Origin: a virus
Taxonomy: Duplodnaviria; Caudoviricetes
Direction: 5' to 3' (one strand)
Length of the DNA: 37,189 bases
Virus record (IMG/VR): IMGVR_UViG_3300033493_000008
Coordinates: 1-37,189 of that record
The notes below the pieces were generated by a model. That model saw only the letters and a program-made list of their open reading frames with translations. It was not told the origin of the DNA and did not search any database. Both the position numbers and the translations under genes were made by a program. Positions 18,120-25,745 of this stretch are shown piece by piece; position 1 is the first letter of the stretch; each line of letters opens with the position of its first letter.

Positions 18120-18328
18120 ATATCCCCGCTCAAGCCACAGTAAAGACGGTTCACTTCAAGACGCGTCTCACCTTCTTTGGGCGGATTGATTCAGACTATG
18201 AGCCGCCTAAGGGCTGGAAAATTGCAGGTGTTAAGAACACAGCAATGATGAAAGACTGTGAGACGACAGACACTATTGCATTGTTTGAAATTACAATTTG
18301 GAGTTGGATTCGTGACCATAGAACTTGA
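18116..18328 (+). CDS. Hypothetical protein
   Basis: AAGGAG RBS; ATGA overlap with the helicase stop. Confidence 0.6.
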   Translation: MNIPAQATVKTVHFKTRLTFFGRIDSDYEPPKGWKIAGVKNTAMMKDCETTDTIALFEITIWSWIRDHRT

Positions 18329-18707
18329 CGTTCAGAATCTCATACGCATAGAGGCGGCTAAGATCGGTATGTACCTGTGGCGCAATAACAACGGTTCGCT
18401 GCCTGATGAAAATGGGCGCTGGGTGCGCTATGGCCTCGGCAACGACAGCAAGGCGGCGAACGAGACCTATAAGAGTAGCGACCTCATAGGAATCTGGCAC
18501 GGGCGCTTTGTGAGCATTGAGTGCAAGGCGGCGGACTGGGTAAACCCCTGGTTGACCACCAACCGGCGCAAGCCCAACGCGCGCGAGATCGCCCAGAAGA
18601 ATTGGCTGGATTGCGTCATTCGGGAGGGTGGCTTGGGCTGTTTCGCAACCTCTTGGAATGACTGCATAAACGCATTTAATGGCCTCGGTGTGAAAATAAT
18701 GCCTTGA
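18312..18707 (+). CDS. VRR-NUC / PD-(D/E)xK nuclease
   Basis: 'LWRNNNG...VRYGL...SSDLIG...FVSIECK...Q.NWL..V...GG' pattern. Confidence 0.85.
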   Translation: MTIELDVQNLIRIEAAKIGMYLWRNNNGSLPDENGRWVRYGLGNDSKAANETYKSSDLIGIWHGRFVSIECKAADWVNPWLTTNRRKPNAREIAQKNWLDCVIREGGLGCFATSWNDCINAFNGLGVKIMP

Positions 18708-18769
18708 CCCTTAAAGCTCAGCGTGACACTAATAGGTCATCGGAACACAGACAACAAGGAGTCACCCAG

Positions 18770-18907
18770 ATGAGCAAGAAGAAAAAAGACACGGTTCCAA
18801 CCTTCGGTTTCCTGGATGCTTACAAAGCGAAGAAAGCCCAGAGAGAACCGGCAAGAAAAGAACGCGAAGCGGCAGGCCGCGAAGCCCTCTTAGAGTCCAA
18901 CAAGTAG
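18770..18907 (+). CDS. Small basic protein (45 aa)
   Basis: AAGGAG RBS before ATG 18770. Confidence 0.55.
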   Translation: MSKKKKDTVPTFGFLDAYKAKKAQREPARKEREAAGREALLESNK

Positions 18908-18913
18908 AAACCA

Positions 18914-18932
18914 GGGAGGGCCTAGCCCTCCC
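18914..18932. other. Intergenic hairpin GGGAGGGC-cta-GCCCTCCC
   Basis: Perfect 8-bp stem with no U-tract. Confidence 0.5.
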
Positions 18933-18950
18933 AACACTTCCAGGGGAACG

Positions 18951-19262
18951 ATGATGCTTGACGCTGCACACGAGGCATACTGCGAAGCCATCCGCATTGC
19001 AATTAAACGCTGGGATGAGGCCAAGCTTAAAGCTGACAAGGAATATCGGCTTACTTATGGTTACTACACCGTCAAACAGCTTAAGATTCTCGCCAAGAAT
19101 CACGGCTTTAAGGGTTTTCACAAGCTCAAGAAAGCCCAGCTTATTGACCTGTTTTCCGAGTGCAATGAGTTCAGTCAAGCATACTATCGTGAGTACTGTG
19201 AAGAGGCTTATCAGGCCGCTTATAAGATGAATCAGGCAACTCAACTTGCAAAGGTAAGCTAA
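18951..19262 (+). CDS. Protein with a Rho-N/HeH-like helical motif
   Basis: 'YTVKQLKILAKNHGFKGFHKLKKAQLIDL' matches the Rho N-terminal pattern. Confidence 0.7.
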   Translation: MMLDAAHEAYCEAIRIAIKRWDEAKLKADKEYRLTYGYYTVKQLKILAKNHGFKGFHKLKKAQLIDLFSECNEFSQAYYREYCEEAYQAAYKMNQATQLAKVS

Positions 19263-19654
19263 TGGACTATCCAGCAATCATTCTCCGCATGAGCCTTGCT
19301 GAAATTCGCAACTTCCTCAGGTATGCCCCGCTTGAACAGCTCAGCGAGATTTACCACCATGAGGCGGCGGGCGACATTGCAAAGCACGCCGTTCAGTGTC
19401 AGGTCGCCAACAGTCTGCACGTCGACTACATCCAGGGCCGCGACCCAATGAAAGCCGCCTATGCCTACCTCAACCCTGAAGACGAAGCGCCAGCCATCCG
19501 TTGCCTTCGCCGGTTCGCTGAGTTGCTCAAAAAGTACGCCACGGATGACTTCACCTATCTTGAGGATATGGACGGGCAAGCGCTCACCGAACTCTACAAT
19601 GACGTGGTTGAGGTGCTGGCTGAAGAAAGCGAAAACGCACCCATAACCTACTAA
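19262..19654 (+). CDS. Hypothetical protein
   Basis: 130 aa; TAATG coupling. Confidence 0.7.
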   Translation: MDYPAIILRMSLAEIRNFLRYAPLEQLSEIYHHEAAGDIAKHAVQCQVANSLHVDYIQGRDPMKAAYAYLNPEDEAPAIRCLRRFAELLKKYATDDFTYLEDMDGQALTELYNDVVEVLAEESENAPITY

Positions 19655-19665
19655 GGATAAGTCAG

Positions 19666-19866
19666 GTGAATAAGTACATCATTGTATCAATCGCCACCAT
19701 CATGGTTGTCCTGCCTATGTGGGCAGCGCTCTACTTTGACGTTGGTCTGTACTCGATAACCTTTTACATTTCGTGGTTGATCTGCTCAGTATCGTATGAC
19801 ACGGCCATGATTTTTAAAGGTCTGAAAACTGTGTGCAGCATTATCGAGAAGGCGTCTCACAAATGA
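19666..19866 (+). CDS. Small membrane protein
   Basis: Two hydrophobic segments; AAGGA RBS. Confidence 0.6.
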   Translation: MNKYIIVSIATIMVVLPMWAALYFDVGLYSITFYISWLICSVSYDTAMIFKGLKTVCSIIEKASHK

Positions 19867-20255
19867 ACCAAGTCCAACAAGCTGCCTGTGTCGAGTATGA
19901 TTTTACGATCCGTCGCGAAGCGGTGCTTAACGACGAATTTGATTACGCCCTGAACGCTTTTGACTATGGGACGATCCTCAACACCGAGCAAGCCCAAGCC
20001 GCTTGGCTCGAATACGCCGGGCGCATTGACACTGAACTGTGCGCAAGTCTTCGGGTTGGCACGGATTATGATTATGATCTGTACGTGGGCCTGACCCTCA
20101 AGACGTGCACGGCTAATGGCATGATTGATGGCAAGTTCTGCAACCTTGAGGTTGAGCTGTTTGGCAGTTTCTACGCCTGCAAGGCTGAGTTGATCGCCCT
20201 CTATGTCTTCAAGTTCGGCGTTAATCCCGAATTTACTCTTGTGGTGCCGAAATGA
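19863..20255 (+). CDS. Hypothetical protein
   Basis: ATGA overlaps at both ends. Confidence 0.65.
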   Translation: MNQVQQAACVEYDFTIRREAVLNDEFDYALNAFDYGTILNTEQAQAAWLEYAGRIDTELCASLRVGTDYDYDLYVGLTLKTCTANGMIDGKFCNLEVELFGSFYACKAELIALYVFKFGVNPEFTLVVPK

Positions 20256-20821
20256 GGGTGTTGGTTGCCTGTGAATTTAGCGGCGTCGTGCGAGACGCCT
20301 TTCTCGCTCAGGGTCACGAGGCCCTGAGTGTCGACCTCTTACCCTCGGAACGGCCAGGGCCGCATTTGATTGGTGACGCGACCCTGGCCCTGTTGGAGCC
20401 GTGGGACTTGGTGATAGCGCACCCACCGTGCACGTATCTCTGCAACAGCGGGTCGCGCTGGATGAAAGACAACCCTGAGCGCCAGGGCAAGGCGCGTGAG
20501 GCGGCGGCGTTCTTCCTCAAGTGCCTCAGGGCCAATTCGCCACGCGTCTGTGTCGAGAATCCCATCATGCATCATTGGGGCCGTGAGACCATCAGGATGC
20601 ATGACCAGATCATTCAGCCCTGGATGTTCGGGCATCACGAGGTCAAGCGATCGTGCCTGTGGTTGAAGGGCTTGCCCGAGTTGAAGCCTACCAAAGTTGT
20701 ATACGGGACTCAGGCCAAGAGTTGGCTTGCGCCCGACAGTAAGGATCGTTGGAAGAACCGAAGCCGCACGCTTACCGGCGTCGCCGAGGCCATGGCTGAC
20801 CAGTGGGGAGAATACCTATAA
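20252..20821 (+). CDS. Phage C5-cytosine DNA methyltransferase-like protein
   Basis: 'VLVACEFSG', 'AHPPCT', 'ENP', 'QPWMFGH', 'GVAEAMADQWG'. Confidence 0.8.
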   Translation: MRVLVACEFSGVVRDAFLAQGHEALSVDLLPSERPGPHLIGDATLALLEPWDLVIAHPPCTYLCNSGSRWMKDNPERQGKAREAAAFFLKCLRANSPRVCVENPIMHHWGRETIRMHDQIIQPWMFGHHEVKRSCLWLKGLPELKPTKVVYGTQAKSWLAPDSKDRWKNRSRTLTGVAEAMADQWGEYL

Positions 20822-21177
20822 TGACACTGCAAAACCTCATAAGCAAAGAACGTGAGGCTTGTGCCAAAATTGCCGATGGTCTTGCTGAAGGCATGAAAAA
20901 AGAAATTGCAGCTTATCCCGGACTTGATCACGAGGCCTCATCAGCTTCACTCATGGCAGCAACCTGGATTGCAGCACAAATAAGGAAACGTAACAAGATG
21001 ACACTTCTTGAATGCATCAAAGAAATGGATTTGACGCCCGATGAATTTGCTCACGCAATTAGCGTTCCTCCCGCTACGATTGCTGCACTTATTCGTGGTG
21101 ACGATGTACCGGCACCTAAAGTTATGCTGGTGCGGCAAACGTTACTTGAGGAGGGACTCTATTGGGACGGTAAGTAG
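20821..21177 (+). CDS. Hypothetical protein with a C-terminal HTH-like domain
   Basis: 'EREACAKIAD' N-terminal motif; 'LTPDEFAHAISVPPATIAALIRG' HTH-like segment. Confidence 0.6.
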   Translation: MTLQNLISKEREACAKIADGLAEGMKKEIAAYPGLDHEASSASLMAATWIAAQIRKRNKMTLLECIKEMDLTPDEFAHAISVPPATIAALIRGDDVPAPKVMLVRQTLLEEGLYWDGK

Positions 21178-21236
21178 AGAACTCTACTTGTTTGGGTTCA
21201 TCACTTGGAAAGAATATGTGAGGTTACAGCGCGACT

Positions 21237-21467
21237 ATGAGCAGAGAGCAACTACTGGCGGCGATGGCCGTACTTGAGGTAAGCATTCCAGACCTCAGTG
21301 ATGCGACAGGGCTTAGCGAGTCCACCATAAAACGAATGAGGTCACGGGGCGGCGGTCACGTCGCCCACTGGCAAGCCGCCAAGGCTTGGCTTGAGCTTGA
21401 GGGGGTTGTGTTTATCGAAGCCACAAGCGCTCACGAGGCTACTGCGGCGCTTCGTCACACCGGGTGA
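21237..21467 (+). CDS. XRE/Cro-like HTH regulator
   Basis: 'SREQLLAAMAVL..SIPDLSDATGLSESTIKRM...LELEGVVFI'; same family as 14833-15054. Confidence 0.75.
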   Translation: MSREQLLAAMAVLEVSIPDLSDATGLSESTIKRMRSRGGGHVAHWQAAKAWLELEGVVFIEATSAHEATAALRHTG

Positions 21468-21469
21468 AT

Positions 21470-21503
21470 AAAAAAAGCCAGCGACCCGAAAAGTCGCTGG
21501 CTT
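21470..21503 (-). terminator. Rho-independent terminator on the minus strand
   Basis: Stem AAGCCAGCGAC/GTCGCTGGCTT; the A7 run at 21470-21476 is a U-tract only on the minus strand. Confidence 0.75.
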
Positions 21504-21556
21504 CATGCCGTGTGCGGCATTAGGCTTGGGCATGGAACAACCCAAATCAGAGAGAA
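21470..21556 (-). ncRNA. Predicted ~85-nt counter-transcribed antisense RNA in the primase-helicase leader
   Basis: Minus-strand TTGACA-17-TATTCA promoter, two small stem-loops and a U-tailed terminator; 5' end inferred. Confidence 0.55.
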
Positions 21557-21560
21557 ACTT

Positions 21561-23642
21561 ATGAATAATGAGATTGCGCGCCTTTGTCAACTCGGATTAA
21601 CACCGGTGCTTTTGGCCGGTAAGCGACCCATCCTTGAGAATTGGCAAAGGTTTCAAGTTGACGCGGTCGACCAACGCGACCTTATGGGCCCTGAACACGA
21701 ACGCCCTATCTTGCTCACCCCTGAAATTCTACACGCTTGGCTTGTTCAATATCCCAAGTCGAACGTGGGCGTACGGACAGGGCGGCAAATCATCTGTCTG
21801 GACTTTGACGACGAGAGCATATGGCCCCTGATCCGTGACCTTGTGCCCCGCACCAGGGCGGTAAAGTTTGGAGCCAGGGGATTCACCCTCATCTATCGGC
21901 AAAGCGCCAGCGATCCTGTCGTGCGCTCGCGCGGCTTCGTCAACCGCTTCACCAAGCGGATGATGCTTGAGGTGCTGGCCCACGGGCGGCAGACGGTGTT
22001 GCCGCCTTCTATCCACCCAGACACCGGCAAGCCCTACCAGTGGACAATGATAGGCGACTGGGGTGATGAGCCGCTCACCGAGATGTGTGAGGTTGACGGC
22101 CTCGGGTCGCTTGCCCAGTGCGAGATTGACGCCATCGAAGCGCGGTTACAGGCCCATGGCCTCACAGGCGCGGTGCGTGAGCGTGGCGAGGCGACCGGGC
22201 GACCCATCACGGACGCGGACAGGCCACGATATCAGGCCATCATGGGCATCAAGCTGAATGAGAAGCTGGGTGAGCTCTCAGGGGCGGCCCGAGGTGGACG
22301 ACAGGCGGCCCTCAATGGCTTGTGCTACGCCATGTCGCCGTACGTGCGGGAGGGCTTTATCGCCGAGGGGGAACTTGAAGAGGTGGTTAGGCAGGCGTGC
22401 GAGGTCAACGGTCTGTTGGCGGATGACGGTGAAAAGCAGTTTTCTCGGGACTTTTACAAGGGGTTAACAGATGGTCAGCACCTCGAATTGCAGGCCTTGC
22501 GGGATATGAGCGCCGAGGGGTTATTCAGGGATAAACCGGCGGCAATGCCTGTGGTCGCGCCGCCCGCCCCTCCGGCGGCCCTGAACTTCATGGACGCGGC
22601 CACGGCGCTCACCGAGGTCATTCCGCCCCGCGAATCCACGGGCCCGTTTCCGCACAAACAGGTCAGCCTCTTTTACGGCGACGGCGGCGCCGGAAAGACC
22701 ACCATGCTGTTGCAGTTCGCCGTGGCGTGCTCCCGAGGCGAGAAATGGTTCGGCATGGCGGTCGAGAAGCGCAAGGTGATGATCGTCAGCGGTGAGGATG
22801 AGAACGCTGAAATGCGGTTCAGATTGTCGCAGGTCAGCCGGTTCATGGGGTCGCCTGGTCGCGCCGATTTAACGATCGTGTCGCTGGCTGACGATCCGGC
22901 TTGCGAGGAAACATACCTGGCAATCGAAGGGCCAGACGGCCGGGCGAAGCCAACGCCGCTCTTCATACAGCTCAAGGCGGCGGTCAAGGCGCAAGGCATT
23001 GGAGTGCTCACCCTCGATCCCGTGGCGGCCCTGTACGCGGGCAACCAGAATGACAACGTGTCCGTGTACAGCTTTGTGAGCTTGATCCGGCGGCACTTCG
23101 CTATCGAGTGTGGATGCACCGTCATCATAGCCGCGCACCCCAGCGCCAGCGGCATGACGCGGGGCGACGGCACAAGCGGTTCCGTGGCATGGAACAACGC
23201 GTGCAGGTTCAGGATGTACTTTCATCACTCGGACGATGAGAGTGATCCAGACCTGATGACGCTTGAGGTCTGCAAAACCAACCGAGGCAAGGCGGGCGCC
23301 AAGATACAATGCAAGTGGGTTGAGGGCGTGTTCGTGCAGGTAGGGAGTCAAAAGCGCACCCAGGTTGTCGATGACACCGAGCCGCTCAGCGACCCGTGCG
23401 CGCGCTTTCTTATCATCGCCACGAGCATGATAGGGAACGGTCAACGCCTGTCGCCGAACCCAGGCCCGACGTACGCGCCATCAATGATTGCAAAACATCC
23501 TGATGCAACTGGCCTCGGTAAGCGCCAGTTGACCCACGCAATGCAACGATTAATCGACTCAGGTAAATTATCCGTGGATAAAGAGGGTGTGGGCACTGCA
23601 CGCGAGAGAACCATGCTCGGTATACCCAGGGTAGAAACTTAA
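21561..23642 (+). CDS. Bifunctional primase-polymerase fused to an AAA_25/RepA-like helicase
   Basis: Prim-pol 'KRP..W...NVGVRTG...LDFD...QTVLPPSIHPDTGKPY.W'; Walker A 'GDGGAGKT', 'SGEDE', 'LDP', 'AHP...GS.AW...R'. Confidence 0.88.
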   Translation: MNNEIARLCQLGLTPVLLAGKRPILENWQRFQVDAVDQRDLMGPEHERPILLTPEILHAWLVQYPKSNVGVRTGRQIICLDFDDESIWPLIRDLVPRTRAVKFGARGFTLIYRQSASDPVVRSRGFVNRFTKRMMLEVLAHGRQTVLPPSIHPDTGKPYQWTMIGDWGDEPLTEMCEVDGLGSLAQCEIDAIEARLQAHGLTGAVRERGEATGRPITDADRPRYQAIMGIKLNEKLGELSGAARGGRQAALNGLCYAMSPYVREGFIAEGELEEVVRQACEVNGLLADDGEKQFSRDFYKGLTDGQHLELQALRDMSAEGLFRDKPAAMPVVAPPAPPAALNFMDAATALTEVIPPRESTGPFPHKQVSLFYGDGGAGKTTMLLQFAVACSRGEKWFGMAVEKRKVMIVSGEDENAEMRFRLSQVSRFMGSPGRADLTIVSLADDPACEETYLAIEGPDGRAKPTPLFIQLKAAVKAQGIGVLTLDPVAALYAGNQNDNVSVYSFVSLIRRHFAIECGCTVIIAAHPSASGMTRGDGTSGSVAWNNACRFRMYFHHSDDESDPDLMTLEVCKTNRGKAGAKIQCKWVEGVFVQVGSQKRTQVVDDTEPLSDPCARFLIIATSMIGNGQRLSPNPGPTYAPSMIAKHPDATGLGKRQLTHAMQRLIDSGKLSVDKEGVGTARERTMLGIPRVET
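21562..21590 (-). promoter_or_regulatory. Antisense sigma70-like promoter within the first codons of the primase gene
   Basis: TTGACA (21590-21585), 17 nt, TATTCA (21567-21562). Confidence 0.6.
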
Positions 23643-23644
23643 CC

Positions 23645-23960
23645 TTTCGTTCACGGTGTGATCAGGGTAAAGCTGGAAAATCTCAATTTACCCTGAGAAC
23701 ATTTACCCTGAACAAAAGTGGGGCTGAGTTGGTCCAACGCCCTGTGGATGAACTGCTAAGCCATTGAAACATTACACCACGGGCGTTGGACTAACGGCGT
23801 TGGTCCAACGCTCAATGTTCACGGTGAGGCAGTTTGTAAGTCATTGAAAAGATAACGTCCAACGCTACGCTGAGCGTTGGAGCCACACACCCCCCTCATA
23901 CTCCCCCCAACCCTCACAGGTTCGGGGGAGGGTGAGGCCCTCCCCGAACCGGAGGGTTGA
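23645..23960. other. Putative replication origin: repeat- and hairpin-rich non-coding region
   Basis: TTTACCCTGA x2 plus an inverted copy, GTTCACGGTG x2, GTTGG-N-CCAAC palindromes, TAAG(C/T)CATTGAAA x2, long hairpin 23908-23959; directly downstream of the primase-helicase. Confidence 0.55.
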
Positions 23961-23986
23961 CGGAGAGAAACCCACCATGCTAAAAA
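23957..23986 (+). promoter_or_regulatory. Sigma70-like promoter with extended -10
   Basis: TTGACG-18 nt (ending TGC)-TAAAAA. Confidence 0.45.
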
Positions 23987-24082
23987 CCGGATCAACGTGG
24001 GCTAGGGATTGCAACCTGAAGAGTCGTTTCCTTGGCGACTGCCCACTGTTCCCTCACAAGGCGCGCTTAAGGAGCGTTTCAA

Positions 24083-24409
24083 ATGTCAGTTCACATCATT
24101 CCCGCAAATCCTAGCTTCGCAGCGATATTTGGCCCTGGGCCCGCATTTAAGTTGCGGCTGGTCATCGGCTGGCGCGTCGACGCCATGGCCACGCACGACG
24201 AAGCTTGGCCTGTCTTGCCGGGCACGACGGACCATAACGACGCCATGTATATGGGCATCCTCGATCCGGGCGGATTGGTGGTGTTGCGCGACGGTCGCAC
24301 CTATGGTTCATGGCGCGAGTTCCTCAGGGCTGAAGAGGCGTGTGCGGTGTATGCCGTGGGCGCCGACGTGACCACCTATCCCAACTTTCCGAGGCCTGAA
24401 GCGCCGTGA
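24083..24409 (+). CDS. Hypothetical protein
   Basis: TAAGGAG RBS; 108 aa. Confidence 0.7.
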   Translation: MSVHIIPANPSFAAIFGPGPAFKLRLVIGWRVDAMATHDEAWPVLPGTTDHNDAMYMGILDPGGLVVLRDGRTYGSWREFLRAEEACAVYAVGADVTTYPNFPRPEAP

Positions 24410-24669
24410 CAGTCCGTCGTGAGGAAGACGACGCAACGCGTCGCCGGGCCGCGCCCGACAGGCCTGCGGTCATCTGGTTTGAGAAGGCCGTCAAGGAGGC
24501 CAAGGCCATCAGGACGGCCGAACTCAAAGAGCTGTACGAGGATAGGGCGCTGTTCAGATATCAGCGTGAGCTGGTGCGCAAACAGATCATGGAACGATTT
24601 CGCCAGACGCTTGCCGATATCGCCACGGTGTACAAAAGGGCCTCGGGTGTACCCAATGACCAGATATGA
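24406..24669 (+). CDS. Basic helical hypothetical protein
   Basis: GTGA overlap; 87 aa. Confidence 0.55.
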   Translation: MTVRREEDDATRRRAAPDRPAVIWFEKAVKEAKAIRTAELKELYEDRALFRYQRELVRKQIMERFRQTLADIATVYKRASGVPNDQI

Positions 24670-24895
24670 ATTATACGGTGTAGTCGTGTGCTTTTATGCC
24701 GCAATGCTTGTGATGTTTAGGGCCCTGGGTGCGCTTTTACCGTCTGAGACGTGCACCCAGGTCGCCGCAATCATGAGTATCGGTGTATTTATCTACATGG
24801 CGATTATCATTGTGCTTGTAGTGATCGCATTAATCGGCTATGTGTTGGTTATGGCGGCTAACGCCTGTGTAGACATTATGCAAGGATTAAAGTAA
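24656..24895 (+). CDS. Small membrane protein (2 TM)
   Basis: MTRYELYGVVVCFYAAMLVMF...; very hydrophobic. Confidence 0.6.
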   Translation: MTRYELYGVVVCFYAAMLVMFRALGALLPSETCTQVAAIMSIGVFIYMAIIIVLVVIALIGYVLVMAANACVDIMQGLK

Positions 24896-25168
24896 ATGCC
24901 ATTTGGGTTCTTTAAGAGATTGGCCGCTGGCCCTCAAAGCGCTGATCAGGAATACAGTCACGAGGGCGATGTGTCAGTTTATCGCAGCGATGACACGAGC
25001 GCCCCTTACCCGCACTACGCTCATCAGCCGGTAACCGAGTATGCGGAGCAAGCGAGTCAGGCTGAATACGCTGAATTGTGTAGCAACCACGAGGCGGCAC
25101 AGTCGCCTGAGGTGCAGGCTGAGGCTTCAGAGTTGGCGAGTTCTTTTTTCGGTCGCTTCTTTAAATAG
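24896..25168 (+). CDS. Acidic protein with amphipathic Phe/basic motifs at both termini
   Basis: AAGGA RBS; MPFGFFKRL...SSFFGRFFK. Confidence 0.65.
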   Translation: MPFGFFKRLAAGPQSADQEYSHEGDVSVYRSDDTSAPYPHYAHQPVTEYAEQASQAEYAELCSNHEAAQSPEVQAEASELASSFFGRFFK

Positions 25169-25171
25169 CAC

Positions 25172-25201
25172 TTGACACAATGATGTGAAGCCCCCTAATG
25201 C
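25172..25201 (+). promoter_or_regulatory. Sigma70-like promoter for mucR
   Basis: TTGACA-18 nt-TAATGC; the -10 lies in the left arm of a terminator hairpin. Confidence 0.5.
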
Positions 25202-25224
25202 TTGGCTGTATTAGGGGGCTTTTT
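25188..25224 (+). terminator. Rho-independent terminator upstream of mucR
   Basis: AAGCCCCCTAAT...ATTAGGGGGCTT followed by a T run. Confidence 0.75.
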
Positions 25225-25257
25225 GTTGCCCCGAGTCCAACACCAGGGGATAACATC

Positions 25258-25662
25258 ATGCATATGTCGCACCTTACCGCAATTGTGAGCGCCTATGTTT
25301 CTCACAACACCGTGCCCGCCGAACGGGTCGCTGGCCTTATTGAAGCCGTCGCCGTCGCCCTCAAGAATGCCGCAGACGCTTCTGTTACGCCTGAACCTAT
25401 CGAGCTGATCCCGGCTGTCTCGATCAAGAAGAGCGTGACGCCCGAGGCCATCATTTGCCTTGAGGATGGCAAGAAGTTCAAATCCCTGAAGCGCCACTTG
25501 CGCACCAAGTACGGTATGACGCCTGAGGAATATCGCGCTAAGTGGGGCTTGCCGCTCGATTACCCGATGGTTGCGCCGCTGTATGCCGCCGCTCGCTCGC
25601 AGTTGGCCAAGACCATGGGCCTCGGCGTTCGCGCGCCTGTCGCCAAGCCGGGCCGCAAGTAA
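25258..25662 (+). CDS. mucR: MucR/Ros-family transcriptional regulator (prokaryotic zinc-finger, H-NS-like silencer)
   Basis: '[13 protein letters not shown]', '[66 protein letters not shown]'; AGGGGA RBS before ATG 25258. Confidence 0.95.
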   Translation: MHMSHLTAIVSAYVSHNTVPAERVAGLIEAVAVALKNAADASVTPEPIELIPAVSIKKSVTPEAIICLEDGKKFKSLKRHLRTKYGMTPEEYRAKWGLPLDYPMVAPLYAAARSQLAKTMGLGVRAPVAKPGRK

Positions 25663-25668
25663 TGCAAG

Positions 25669-25694
25669 GGTCGCGCCAAGCGCTTGGCGCGACC
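25669..25694. terminator. Perfect 26-bp palindrome directly after mucR
   Basis: GGTCGCGCCAAGCGCTTGGCGCGACC followed by TTATGTT. Confidence 0.6.
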
Positions 25695-25745
25695 TTATGT
25701 TCCGTGTAGTGTCTGGCTGACACGCGATCAACCAGGGGCGACCAC

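Noticed and set aside
18704-18735. Promoter TTGACC...TAATAG
   Set aside because: Spacing to the best -10 is 20 nt, too long to call with confidence, although a promoter here is plausible
21041-21277. ORF overlapping two HTH genes
   Set aside because: No convincing start and heavy overlap; a short peptide in 21147-21277 cannot be excluded
14833-21467. Lambda-like lysogeny switch
   Set aside because: The HTH genes are about 6 kb apart, lack a peptidase S24 domain, and no integrase or partition genes were recognised
23720-23885. CRISPR-like or mini-array
   Set aside because: Repeats are only 9-15 bp, irregularly spaced and in mixed orientation; no cas genes
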